Below are positions 49,588 through 59,077 of a DNA stretch of 64,000 bases, in pieces. Source of the stretch: Alphaproteobacteria bacterium (GTDB lineage Bacteria; Pseudomonadota; Alphaproteobacteria; GCA-2731375); the NCBI GenBank assembly GCA_965225945.1, contig CBDDBZ010000038.1, positions 384,001 to 448,000 on the forward strand. Direction: 5' to 3'. Both the position numbers and the translations under genes were made by a program. Under the pieces are notes generated by a model. It was not told where the DNA came from, did no database searches, and saw only the letters and a program-made list of their open reading frames with translations. The stretch's first letter is position 1. Every line of letters starts with the position of its first letter.

Positions 49588-50471
49588 TGCGAGCCGGGGC
49601 CGCGGCGCTTCTCGCCGCCACCCTCGTTGCGGGGTTTCTGACCACCGGCCAGGCGGCGCGGGCCGGCGGTAGCTGCGCCGAATATGAGATCTCCGGCGCG
49701 GAGATGGTCCGCCGGGTCGATTGGGCGGCACGGATCGCCGAGCAATTGGAGGCGCTGAACCCCGAGCTCGCCCTGATCGCGCGGATCGGCAGCGACGTCG
49801 GCGAATACGGCCTGCATTACACCCATGTCGGCTTCGTCTGGCGCGACCATCCCAAGGGCCGCTGGGGACTGGTCCACGTCTTGCGGGCCTGTGCGAAGAG
49901 GAGGTCCGAGATCTTCGATCAGGGACTCTTGAACTTCCTCCTGGACGACCCCTTCGCCCTCGACGTCCTGATCCTGGAGCCGACGCCCGAATTGCAGCGG
50001 GCGATCGCGGGCCGGCTGGCCTCGAACGACGCTCGTGACTTCCACGGCCGGCGCTACAGCACCATCGCCTATCCCTTCACCACCCGCTATCAGAACTCCA
50101 ACCAATGGCTGCTGGAGCTTCTGGCCGCGGCCCAAGGCGACCTCGCGGGCGAGCGGGTCGACGATCGGGGTCAGGCCCAAAAGATCCTCGCCCGCCATGG
50201 CTACCACGGCAGCGTGCTGCGCATTCCCCCCCTAAAACGGATGCTGGCGAGGTTCGTCCGCGCCGATATGGCCTTCGACGATCATCCCCGCGAGGCCGCC
50301 TGGAGGGGCGAATTCGAGACCATCACCGTGGCCTCCATCCGGCGCGATCTCGCCCTGAACGCGCTGCTGAGCGGCGAGACCGAACTGCGCTACCCGAGGC
50401 CGCACGATTTCGAGCGACAGCGGCCTCGGCGACGCGTGGAGGTGGCCGAGACGGAGGCCGAGCATCCTTGA
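49587..50471 (+). CDS. DUF2145 family exported protein
   Basis: ARAGGSC, IARIGSD...YGLHYTHVGF, YSTIAYPFTTRYQNSNQW, FDDHP. Confidence 0.8.
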   Translation: MRAGAAALLAATLVAGFLTTGQAARAGGSCAEYEISGAEMVRRVDWAARIAEQLEALNPELALIARIGSDVGEYGLHYTHVGFVWRDHPKGRWGLVHVLRACAKRRSEIFDQGLLNFLLDDPFALDVLILEPTPELQRAIAGRLASNDARDFHGRRYSTIAYPFTTRYQNSNQWLLELLAAAQGDLAGERVDDRGQAQKILARHGYHGSVLRIPPLKRMLARFVRADMAFDDHPREAAWRGEFETITVASIRRDLALNALLSGETELRYPRPHDFERQRPRRRVEVAETEAEHP

Positions 50472-50486
50472 ATTTTCCCCTTGGTG

Positions 50487-50732
50487 TCAGGAGTGATCGT
50501 GCGGCTCGTGATCCTCCGTCTCGGGGTCGATCAGGCGGTGGATGTGGACGATAAAGTAGCGGGTGTGCGCCTCGTCGATCGTCGATCGGGCCTTGCCCTG
50601 CCAGGCCGCGTGGGCCTCGGCGTAGTTCGGATAGATGCCGACGATGTCGAGGCCCCGGGTGTCGACGAATTCGTGCCCGCTCGGGTCCTCCAACTCGCCG
50701 CCGAACACCAGATGCAACAACTGCTTGGTCAT
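50487..50732 (-). CDS. DUF4170 protein
   Basis: QLLHLVFGGEL, DIVGIYPNYAEA..AW, RYFIVHIHRL. Confidence 0.85.
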   Translation of the reverse strand: MTKQLLHLVFGGELEDPSGHEFVDTRGLDIVGIYPNYAEAHAAWQGKARSTIDEAHTRYFIVHIHRLIDPETEDHEPHDHS

Positions 50733-50768
50733 GCCATGGCTCCTCGTCGCAGGGGGGAGACGACCACT

Positions 50769-51055
50769 CTAGTGAATAGAATCCAACATATGGTACCCCT
50801 ACGACGGTTTCCCGAGTTCGTCCGGAAAGGCGCCTGGTGCGCCGTGATGCGGGCGCATCACAAGCGCCGGGCAACGCGTCCGGCGGGCTCGGGAAGCCGC
50901 CCTTCGGGTCCCATATCCTGGCTTCTCCCAAATCCTGGCTTCTCGGGGCGTCGGGCACCCTTGACGATGTGCCGGCATCGCCGGCGGGCGCCCTCCTGGC
51001 GAGAAACCAGGATATGGGATCGTAGGGGTACCCTATGTTGGATTCTATCCACTAG
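50769..51055. mobile_element. MITE-like element, 287 bp, 36-bp terminal inverted repeats ending in CTAG
   Basis: ctagtgaatagaatccaacatatggtacccctacga vs tcgtaggggtaccctatgttggattctatccactag (34/36); no credible ORF. Confidence 0.75.
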
Positions 51056-51095
51056 GCCCAAACCCGTGACCAAGGCGTCAACCGATGGCGCCCCC

Positions 51096-51851
51096 TCACC
51101 GGCCCTGGAAGCGAGGCGCGCGCTTCTCGAGGCGCGCGGCGATGCCTTCCCTGGTGTCCTCGCTCTGGTTGGTCTCCAGCACCAGGGCGTCGAGGTCGGC
51201 GTGCTGGATATCGTCGCGGAATTCCATCTCCCGGACCAGAATTCGCTTCATCGTCCGCATCGAAAGGGGCGCGTTCCTGGTCAGCCGCTCGATCAATTGG
51301 CCGGCGCGGGCCTCCAGCTCGTCCTCCGGGGCCACGGCGTGGATGATCCCCTTCTCGTGCATCCAGGCCGCCGGCACCGGGTCGCCGATCAGCAGGAATT
51401 CCCGCGTCGCCACCGGCCCCGCCACCTCCAGCAGCTTCTTCGCCAGGAACCAGTTGAGCGCCAGGCCGATCCGCGCCAGTGGCATGGCGAAGCGGGCGCT
51501 TGTCGCGGCGACGACGAAATCGCAATGCAGCGCCAGCTCGTTGCCGCCGGCGATCGCATCGCCTTGCACCACCGCGACGACGGGCAGCGGATAGGTCTCG
51601 AGCGCGCGCAGCATGGCCTCGATCGGGCTCGCCTTGCCTAGCCGCTCGCGCCGCTCGGTCAGATCGAGGCCGGAACAGAACACCGTGCCCTCGCCCCTGA
51701 GCACGCACACCCGCTCCGCCGCCGGCGGCTCGGCCGAGAAGGCCTCGCGCATGTCGTCCAGCATGCCCTGGGTGAGGGCGTTGCGCTTCTCGGGCCGCGC
51801 CATGGTCACGGTGCGGACGGGGCCCGCGCTCTCCACCTTGATCAACGACAT
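51096..51851 (-). CDS. Enoyl-CoA hydratase/isomerase family
   Basis: RPEKRNAL, FCSGLDL, AIAGGNELALHCD. Confidence 0.9.
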   Translation of the reverse strand: MSLIKVESAGPVRTVTMARPEKRNALTQGMLDDMREAFSAEPPAAERVCVLRGEGTVFCSGLDLTERRERLGKASPIEAMLRALETYPLPVVAVVQGDAIAGGNELALHCDFVVAATSARFAMPLARIGLALNWFLAKKLLEVAGPVATREFLLIGDPVPAAWMHEKGIIHAVAPEDELEARAGQLIERLTRNAPLSMRTMKRILVREMEFRDDIQHADLDALVLETNQSEDTREGIAARLEKRAPRFQGR

Positions 51852-52056
51852 ATCCAGCCTCACTCGCCTGTTGTCTCGCCGCGCGGAGTGTAGCTTTGTG
51901 AGCCGGAGCGGGCCAAGCCGTCCGGTGAGCTGGGGAGGGGGAAATAGCTGGGCCGCCCGGCATGGATCCAGGCGGCCCCGCTTCACGCCATTGGGAGGGA
52001 GAGGTCGTGACGCTCGCTTGGTCCCGGCGCGGCGGCCGGGATGATGTTCTATCGCC

Positions 52057-52521
52057 TCAGGCGGCGGTCTTGCGCTTCGGCTTGGCCGCGTCCTGGGCCG
52101 TGTCGGTCTTGACGACCGCCTGGAACTCGGTCACGCCTTCGAGGAAGCGCGCGTTCATCAGCTCCAGCAGCTCAGCCCCGGACTTGGCCGTGAGATCGGC
52201 GATCTCGCGGGCGTGCGCGACCTGGGTCTCGACCGCCTTGCGGGTGATCTCGACTTGCGCTTGGGCGCTCTCCTCCGGCGTCGCCGCCTGCAGCACCTCG
52301 CGGGTCGCCTCGGTCACGTCCTCGAAGCCCCGGCGCAGGATCTCCGCCTGCATCGTGGCGATCGCCTGGAAGGCCTCGCCGGCCTTGCGGCCCGCGACCG
52401 CCACCGCCTCGACATTGCGCCGGTGCGCCACCTGCATGGCCTCGTGGTCGAAAGCCACCGGCTGGAAGACCTTGGCGAATTTGGCCGGATCGAACTCGGC
52501 GAAGGGAGAGTTGGTATACAT
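52057..52521 (-). CDS. phaP: Phasin
   Basis: FDHEAMQVAHRRNVEAV...QAEILR, helical Ala-rich sequence; PhaR-type boxes upstream. Confidence 0.8.
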   Translation of the reverse strand: MYTNSPFAEFDPAKFAKVFQPVAFDHEAMQVAHRRNVEAVAVAGRKAGEAFQAIATMQAEILRRGFEDVTEATREVLQAATPEESAQAQVEITRKAVETQVAHAREIADLTAKSGAELLELMNARFLEGVTEFQAVVKTDTAQDAAKPKRKTAA

Positions 52522-52577
52522 CTGTTCGGCTCCTCGGCTCAGCCCCCGGTGCCGGATCGGCTCTCGCGGGCGAAATG

Positions 52578-52654
52578 TTGCAGTGCAATAAACGCACACC
52601 TTATTTATTGCATCGCCGAAGAAAGTCAAGAGGAAAATTGTGCAGTGCACAATT
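52578..52654. promoter_or_regulatory. PhaR-type operator boxes
   Basis: ttgcagtgcaa (52578-88) and aattgtgcagtgcacaatt (52636-54) in AT-rich DNA upstream of the phasin. Confidence 0.65.
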
Positions 52655-52668
52655 CTTTTTTCAGGCCT

Positions 52669-53355
52669 TCACTCCGCACGCCCTGACGGCGGCTCGGGCG
52701 GCGGCTCGGGCGGCGGCTCGGGCGGCGGCTCGGCCGCGCCTCGATGCCGCCCACCGGTGAGCCAGCGGGCGATGGCATCGGCCCGCCCCAGCCCCTTGTC
52801 GAGGGCCGACATGGTCTTGCCCTGATCCTCGCTGTCGTCGTCGAGCCAGGCACGCAGCGCGCCCATGTAGACCAGGCCCAGGCCCTCGACCTGGATCGCC
52901 CTGAGCGGCCCCCAACTCGGCAGCCGCGCCGCCTCCAGCATCCAGACCAGGCTGCCGCGCCGGGGGCCGCGCGCGAAACAGGTGGCGAACGCCGGATCGC
53001 GCCGCATCTCGGCGACGACCGCGGCGATTCCCTTCTTCTGCGCCGCCATGGCGTCGAAGCGGCGCATCATGACGTCGAACAGGCGATCGCGCGCCGGCTC
53101 GTCGGCGATTGCCTTGTCCGTGCCGTCCAGCACGATCTCGTCGATCCGCCTGACGTAGGCGGCGAGCACCGCGAATTTGGAGGGCGCGTGGCGTCGCGCC
53201 TGGCTGAGCGGCACGCCGGCTTCGGTGGCGATGTCGGCGAGCGTGGTGTCGCGCCAGCCTTGCACGGCGGCGAGCGAGAGGGCCGCCTCGGCGAGCCGGG
53301 TCTGGATCTCGTTCGGGTCCCGGGGCCGTGCCCGCGAGCGCTTCGCCGTCGCCAT
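52669..53355 (-). CDS. TetR-like protein with C-terminal (EPPP)n tail
   Basis: LAAVQGWRDTTLADIATEAGV HTH; RDRLFDVMMRRFDAM; WLDDDSEDQGKTMSALD. Confidence 0.8.
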   Translation of the reverse strand: MATAKRSRARPRDPNEIQTRLAEAALSLAAVQGWRDTTLADIATEAGVPLSQARRHAPSKFAVLAAYVRRIDEIVLDGTDKAIADEPARDRLFDVMMRRFDAMAAQKKGIAAVVAEMRRDPAFATCFARGPRRGSLVWMLEAARLPSWGPLRAIQVEGLGLVYMGALRAWLDDDSEDQGKTMSALDKGLGRADAIARWLTGGRHRGAAEPPPEPPPEPPPEPPSGRAE

Positions 53356-53522
53356 GCCCTGCCTCCCTGGAGCATCCAAATCATAACGAATTCTCTCCTT
53401 TCGCGGAATGGCCCGGCCGAACAATCTGGTCTAGCGATAGAACGTCGAATTCGGCGCGACGCTGCAGGGCGCGCGAGGCGATCGGCGACGACCAAATTGT
53501 CTCGCCCACGACGCGCCTTCGC

Positions 53523-53663
53523 CTAGAGCAATATCCGAACGGATTGAACCGGTTCGGTTCAATCCGTTCGGGTAAAATTGCTCTATTCTCCAAGTTGGTA
53601 GAGCAGCTTTATCCGCCAGTTGGATCGCCGAAGGCGATTCCAACTGGACGGATGCTGCTCTAG
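53523..53663. repeat. CTAGAGCA...TGCTCTAG double-hairpin intergenic element (RIME/Bru-RS-like)
   Basis: Hairpins ccgaacggattgaacc/ggttcaatccgttcgg and ccagttgga/tccaactgg, each framed by tagagca...tgctcta. Confidence 0.75.
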
Positions 53664-53739
53664 CATCGAGGCGGGCGGCACGGCGTTCCGGCCCGGGCCA
53701 CGCGTGATAGGGTCCGGCGGCACGAGGGGCGCGAATGCC

Positions 53740-54974
53740 ATGCGGATCGGCATCATCGGGGGCAGTATCGGCGGCTTGGCGGCGGCGCGTGAACTGCGAC
53801 GGCTCGGCGCCGAGGTCCGCGTCTTCGAGCGCTCGCCCGGCGTGCTGCGCGACCGGGGCGCCGGCATCGGCCTCGACGCGCCGACGCTCAGCTATCTGCT
53901 GGCGAACGGCCTCCTGGACGGCATTTGGAGAAGACGCGCCACGCCTTCCTCGCCGGCGACGACCGCATCCTCTGGTCGGCGCCCGGCGCCATGGCGGCGA
54001 CCTGCTGGGACGTTCTCTACCGGGGTTTCCGGCGCGAGCTACCGGATCATTGCTACGCCGGCGGCGTCGCCTTGAGGGCGCTGGAAACCGACGACGCGGG
54101 GGCGACGGCGTTGCTGTCGGACGGCCGGCGCGAGCGCTTCGATCTGCTGGTCTGCGCCGACGGCGTGGATTCCCGCGCCCGCCAAATTCTGCACCCCGAA
54201 ATGGCGCCCGCGTTCGCCGGCTATGTCGCGGTGCGCGGCCTGATCGACGAGGCGGCGCTGCCGGGCGATGTCCGGGGCGAGATCCGGGAGCTCTACGTCG
54301 ACGCCCTGGTCCGCTATCTGGTCCCGGGCGGCCACGTCATCTTGTACATGGTTCCGGGCCCCGATCCCGCCGCCGGCGGCTTGGCCCCGGGTGGGCGGCG
54401 GCTCAACTGGGTCTGGTATGTCAACCTATCGCCGGCGGAGCTGGAGGCGGCGCTCACCGATCGGGACGGGCGCCGGCGGCGGCTCTCGGTACTGCCGGGG
54501 ATGATGGCGCCGGTTGCCTGGGCGGGTTTCCTGGCGCGGGGCCGAGAGCTCTTCACCGGCGCCTTCGCCGCGGTCATGGAGGCGACGGCAAGGCCTTTTC
54601 AGCAGGCGATCTATTCTTTCATGGCGCCGCGCCTCGTGGACCGACGGCTGGCGCTGATCGGCGATGCGGCGCATCTCTGCCGCCCGCACGTCGGCTCCGG
54701 CTCCAGCCTTGCGATCGCCGACGCGGTGGCGCTCGGCGAGGCGGTGGCGGCGCATGGCGAGGACGTGTCGGCGGCGCTCGCCGCCTTCGAGGCCGAACGT
54801 CTGGCGACGGTCGCGGCCATGGTCGAGCTCTCGGTCCGGATGGGCGAGGCGCATCAAGGCCGGGAGGTCGACTGGTCGCGCATGACGACGGCGCGGGTCG
54901 AGGCCTGGTGGGCGGCGATGATGGCGGGCGGAGGGATCTATTTCGACGCCCGCGCGGGCGAGGAGGGGCAATGA
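53740..54974 (+). pseudogene. FAD-dependent monooxygenase (2,6-dihydroxypyridine hydroxylase-like), frameshift near 53925
   Basis: IIGGSIGGL and RGAGI in one frame; CADGVDS, YVAVRG, RLNWVWY, LIGDAAH.CRPH in another. Confidence 0.8.
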
Positions 54975-55205
54975 AGCTCGATGGCATGAGCGCGACGGGC
55001 CCGTTTTGGCGGCTGGCATGGCGAACTTCCGGTTTGCCTTTTGTCGTCCGAGGGAATATGTCTGCCGCATCAGCGCCTTTGAGATACGCGGCGTATCGGG
55101 CTTCGTCACGCCGACCTAGTCGTCATACTCCTCGCAACTCTGTTGGCTGAGAACCGGCGAGGCATGTCGCGCCGTCGGTCGACACCAAATTGAAGGATAT
55201 GACGT

Positions 55206-55415
55206 ATGACGAACGGGACCGTGAAGTGGTTCGATGCCTCGAGGGGCTTCGGCTTCATCACCCCAGACGAGGGCGGCAAGGACGCCTTCGTGCACATTTC
55301 GGCGCTCGAGCGCTCCGGCATCACCGGCCTCGACGAGGGCCAGAAGGTCGAGTACGAATTGCAGCCCGGCCGCGACGGCAAGTCCGCGGCGGAAAATCTG
55401 CGCCTGGTGGAGTGA
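55206..55415 (+). CDS. cspA: Cold-shock protein
   Basis: GTVKWFD..RGFGFI, DAFVHISA. Confidence 0.95.
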   Translation: MTNGTVKWFDASRGFGFITPDEGGKDAFVHISALERSGITGLDEGQKVEYELQPGRDGKSAAENLRLVE

Positions 55416-55483
55416 GCGGGCCCGGGAACGCGAGAAAGGGCCCACCTCGCGCGGGCGCTATGATCTCGGACCCTTCGAACTGA

Positions 55484-55526
55484 GCCGTGAAAGGAGGGGC
55501 CGTGAAAGGAGGGGCCGTGAAAGGAG
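55484..55526 (+). repeat. Three tandem 15-bp units, each containing a Shine-Dalgarno motif
   Basis: gccgtgaaaggaggg x2 + gccgtgaaaggag. Confidence 0.92.
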
Positions 55527-55532
55527 AACGCC

Positions 55533-55742
55533 ATCGTTACCGTATTCGTCCGTGACAACAACGTCGACCAGGCGCTCCGCGCCTTGAAGAAGAAGATGCA
55601 GCGGGAAGGATTGTTCCGCGAGATGAAGCGACGTCGACACTACGAAAAACCCTCGGAACGTCGCGCCCGCGAAACCGCAGATGCCGCCCGTCGGTTCCGC
55701 AAGCTGCAGCGCAAGCGGGCCCAGCGGGAAGGCCTGATCTGA
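55533..55742 (+). CDS. rpsU: 30S ribosomal protein S21 with apparent ATC start (absent from ORF track)
   Basis: [42 protein letters not shown]... Confidence 0.92.
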   Translation: MVTVFVRDNNVDQALRALKKKMQREGLFREMKRRRHYEKPSERRARETADAARRFRKLQRKRAQREGLI

Positions 55743-56005
55743 TACTGGCCGCGCCGGCGGCAAATTCTCTCGCCGATCCGATTCCCTAGCGCGGTTGGGG
55801 CGAGAGGCCGAGGAGTCGTGGATAGGTCCGACGGCTCGCCGATGGCCACATACCCACCAAGATCAATCGAGCCCGCGGCCCTTGCTACCGGTCGCTCCCC
55901 CGGGACGGATCGAGCCTGCGCGGACGGACCGTCCTCGCGCGTGCCCATGAGCGTTCTTTTTCCATGCTACCCTCGAGGCAAATCTCGATGGGGAGCCCCC
56001 CGATC

Positions 56006-56425
56006 ATGCGGGACGGTTGGCGCAAGGCGGCGATCGCGGGTGATCACCGTGTCATGGCGGACCTCCTCGCGGCGGGCACGTCCATCGACGCGCTCGACCG
56101 CTACGGGCAGACGGCGCTGATGCTGGCCGCGATGCATGGCCGGGACGAGGTGGTGGCGCTGCTGCTGGAGCACGGGGCCGATCCCGACGTCACGGCGAAA
56201 TATGGATTGAGCGCCCTGATGCTCGCCGTGGTGAACCATCACGATCGTATCGCCCACTGGCTCGTAGACGCCGGCGCGGACACGAGCCTCAGGGCCACCG
56301 GCGCCCCCGGCTTCGCCGGCATGACGGCCCGGGACCTCGCCGAGGATCGCGGCCTCGAGGCGCTCGTCGCCCACATCGAGCGTGCATCGAGGGAAGGGCG
56401 GACCACCGCGGACGAAATCGGCTGA
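56006..56425 (+). CDS. Ankyrin repeat protein
   Basis: GQTALMLAAMHG...LLEHGAD and GLSALMLAV...DAGAD repeats; start uncertain. Confidence 0.88.
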   Translation: MRDGWRKAAIAGDHRVMADLLAAGTSIDALDRYGQTALMLAAMHGRDEVVALLLEHGADPDVTAKYGLSALMLAVVNHHDRIAHWLVDAGADTSLRATGAPGFAGMTARDLAEDRGLEALVAHIERASREGRTTADEIG

Positions 56426-56562
56426 CCCTCGCCCCTGGCGCCGCCGCCTCGATCGCCGGCCCGGCGGCGGGCTTTGCGCGGCGGCCCGGATCGATTAGCG
56501 TTTTGCTTCGGGCGTCATCCCGCCGGGGACGAGTCCCAGCCCCGGCGACACGAGAATGATGG

Positions 56563-58167
56563 ATGGGAGAGATGGGGAGCCAGACTTACGACTACATCGT
56601 GGTCGGGGCCGGATCGGCCGGATCCGTCCTCGCCAACCGTTTGAGCGCCAGCGGCCGCCATCGGGTTCTGCTGCTGGAGGCGGGCCGCGCGAGCCATCCT
56701 TGGTCGCGCGTGCCCATCGGCTTCGCCCGGCTGATCGACAATCCCAAGGCCAACTGGTGCTACGAATCCGAGCCGGAGGAGAACACCGGCGGGCGCCGCA
56801 TTCCGGTGCCGCGCGGCCGACTGCTCGGCGGCTCCAGCTCGATCAACGGCATGGTCTTCGTGCGCGGCCAGGCCCAGGACTTCGACACCTGGGCACAGCT
56901 CGGCAATCGCGGCTGGAGCTACCGCGACGTCCTGCCGTTCTTCAAGTCCATGGAGAGCTATACCGGCGGCGACGACGCGTTCCGGGGCCGCGACGGGCCG
57001 CTCGAGGTCTCGGACCTGGACGAGACGGGGCCGCTCTACGATTCGTTGTTGGCGGCGGCCGGCGAAATCGGCATCGAGCGCAACCCAGATTACAACGGCG
57101 CCCGCCAGGACGGCATTTCCATGACCCAGGCGACGATCCGCAACGGGCGGCGGATGAGCACGGCCTATTGCTATCTGCAGCCGGCCCGCGCGCGCTCGAA
57201 CCTGGAGATCCAGACCTGCGCGCTCACCCGCTCGCTGCTGCTTGACGGCACGCGCTGCCTCGGCGTCGCCTATTCGCTCGGCGGCGAGACGCGACAGGCT
57301 CGCGCGAGGGGCGAGGTGATCGTCAGCGCCGGCTCGATCAATTCCCCCCAATTGCTGGAGCTCTCCGGCATCGGTCAGCCGGAACGCCTGGCCGCGCTCG
57401 GGATCGAGACCTTGCACGCGCTTGGAGGCGTCGGGGAAAATCTGCGCGACCACTACGCGCCGCGCATGCTCTGGCGGATCACGGCGGCCGGCGTCACTTA
57501 TAACGACAAGGGCCGGGGGCTCGGTCTCGTCGGCCAGGCCTTGCGCTATGCCTTCACAGGCAAGGGGCTGCTGGGCCTGCCGGCCGCGCCCATCCGGGCC
57601 TACGTCCGCACCCGCGAGGGCTTGGACTCGCCCGACGTCGGCGTCTCGGTGATCCCCTTCCTCGCGACCGACGGCTACCGCCTGGCGCGCGAGCGGGGCA
57701 TCACCGTGATCTGCCACCCGCTCCGGCCGGAGAGCACGGGCAGCATCCACGTCGCAAGCGCCGATCCCGGGACGCCGCCGGCGATCCGCTTCAACTTCCT
57801 CGCCTCCGAAATCGACCGCGCGACGACGGTCGGCGGCATGCGCATTGCGCGGCGATGGATCAACGCCGCCGCCATGGACGGCCTTCGGGGCGAGGAGCTG
57901 GCGCCCGGCGCATCGTTGGAGTCCGACCAGGAGCTGATCGATTGGGTCAAGGAGAACGCGGAGACCACCTATCACCCGATCGGCACCTGCAAGATGGGCT
58001 CCGACCCGATGGCGGTGGTCGACGAGCGGCTCCGGGTGCACGGGCTCCAGGGTCTCAGGGTGGCGGATGCCTCGATCATGCCGACGCTGACCTCGGGCAA
58101 CACCAACGCGCCCTCGATCATGATCGGCGAAAAAGCCGCCAGCATGGTGCTGGAAGAGGCCGCCTGA
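56563..58167 (+). CDS. GMC oxidoreductase (choline dehydrogenase-like)
   Basis: GAGSAG, LGGSSSINGM, GENLRDH, YHPIGTCKMG, GNTNAP. Confidence 0.93.
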   Translation: MGEMGSQTYDYIVVGAGSAGSVLANRLSASGRHRVLLLEAGRASHPWSRVPIGFARLIDNPKANWCYESEPEENTGGRRIPVPRGRLLGGSSSINGMVFVRGQAQDFDTWAQLGNRGWSYRDVLPFFKSMESYTGGDDAFRGRDGPLEVSDLDETGPLYDSLLAAAGEIGIERNPDYNGARQDGISMTQATIRNGRRMSTAYCYLQPARARSNLEIQTCALTRSLLLDGTRCLGVAYSLGGETRQARARGEVIVSAGSINSPQLLELSGIGQPERLAALGIETLHALGGVGENLRDHYAPRMLWRITAAGVTYNDKGRGLGLVGQALRYAFTGKGLLGLPAAPIRAYVRTREGLDSPDVGVSVIPFLATDGYRLARERGITVICHPLRPESTGSIHVASADPGTPPAIRFNFLASEIDRATTVGGMRIARRWINAAAMDGLRGEELAPGASLESDQELIDWVKENAETTYHPIGTCKMGSDPMAVVDERLRVHGLQGLRVADASIMPTLTSGNTNAPSIMIGEKAASMVLEEAA

Positions 58168-58258
58168 GGCCGCCCGGCCGGCGCCGACAATACGCTGGCC
58201 GACATGGCCCTTGTTGCGATAAGCTTGGCCCGAAGCACCACTAGAGGAGGATCGAGCC

Positions 58259-58750
58259 ATGGCGAGCAAGGGCAAGGCGATCGTCGTGCAGCCGGATGCC
58301 GGCGAGAGCTATTGGCAACCGGTGCCGGCCAACGGCTATGCCGAGGTCAAGATCGGCCGTCGCGATCTCGGCGACGGGCGCTTCGCGACCGGCGTCCAGG
58401 TCATCGCGCCCGGGTCCCATATCCGCGCCCACAGCCACGAGGCCAACGAGGAGATCCTGTTCTTCTTCGAGGGCGAGGGCCGGGTCGAGGTGGACGGCGA
58501 CAGCCATCCGGTGCGGCCGGGCACCACGGTCTTCGCGGGCCACTTGGTGGAGCACAAGATCATCAACGAGAGCGAGCGGCCGCTGAAGATGATGTGGGTG
58601 TTGATGCCGGGCGGCCTGGAGGACTTCTTCCAGGCGATCGGCCGGCCGAAGGCGCCGGGCGAGGCGGCGCCGGAACCCTTCGCCAGGCCGGAGAACGTCG
58701 CCGAGATCGAGCGCGCCACCGTCTTCGCCACCGCCGACCAGGAAGCGTAG
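58259..58750 (+). CDS. Cupin domain protein
   Basis: HSHEANEE...G...H cupin motif; AGAGGAGG RBS. Confidence 0.88.
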   Translation: MASKGKAIVVQPDAGESYWQPVPANGYAEVKIGRRDLGDGRFATGVQVIAPGSHIRAHSHEANEEILFFFEGEGRVEVDGDSHPVRPGTTVFAGHLVEHKIINESERPLKMMWVLMPGGLEDFFQAIGRPKAPGEAAPEPFARPENVAEIERATVFATADQEA

Positions 58751-58793
58751 CGCGAAGCCAGGAAGTCTTTAGGCGGGGGAGCCTCGCGAGGAT

Positions 58794-59025
58794 TCAGGGC
58801 GCGATGACGATCTTGCCCATGACCTCGCGGTCCTCGATTCCGCGGATGCCCTCCGCCGCCTCCTCCAGCGGCAGGACGCGATCGATCTCCGGCTCCAAGT
58901 GGCCGTCGCGCACCAACTCCAGCAGCCGGGTCAGGTCTTCCCGTCGCCAGCCGTTCGAGCCCTTGATGTCCAGCTCGTAAGTCCAGATGTAGCGGATGTC
59001 GGTCTTCGGGTCGTAGCCGGCGGTG
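58794..59025 (-). pseudogene. C-terminal remnant of a zinc-binding/MDR dehydrogenase
   Basis: TAGYDPKTDIRYIWTYELDIKGSNGW...IDRVLPLEEA...GKIVIAP with no N-terminal domain. Confidence 0.75.
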
Positions 59026-59077
59026 GACGACAATTGCCCGCATGTTGCACCTCGAGTGGTGTGAAGGGAGAAGGCGA

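Noticed and set aside
52688-52733. 12-bp tandem repeat ggcggctcgggc
   Set aside because: In-frame low-complexity EPPP tail of the TetR-like protein; no evidence of a switch
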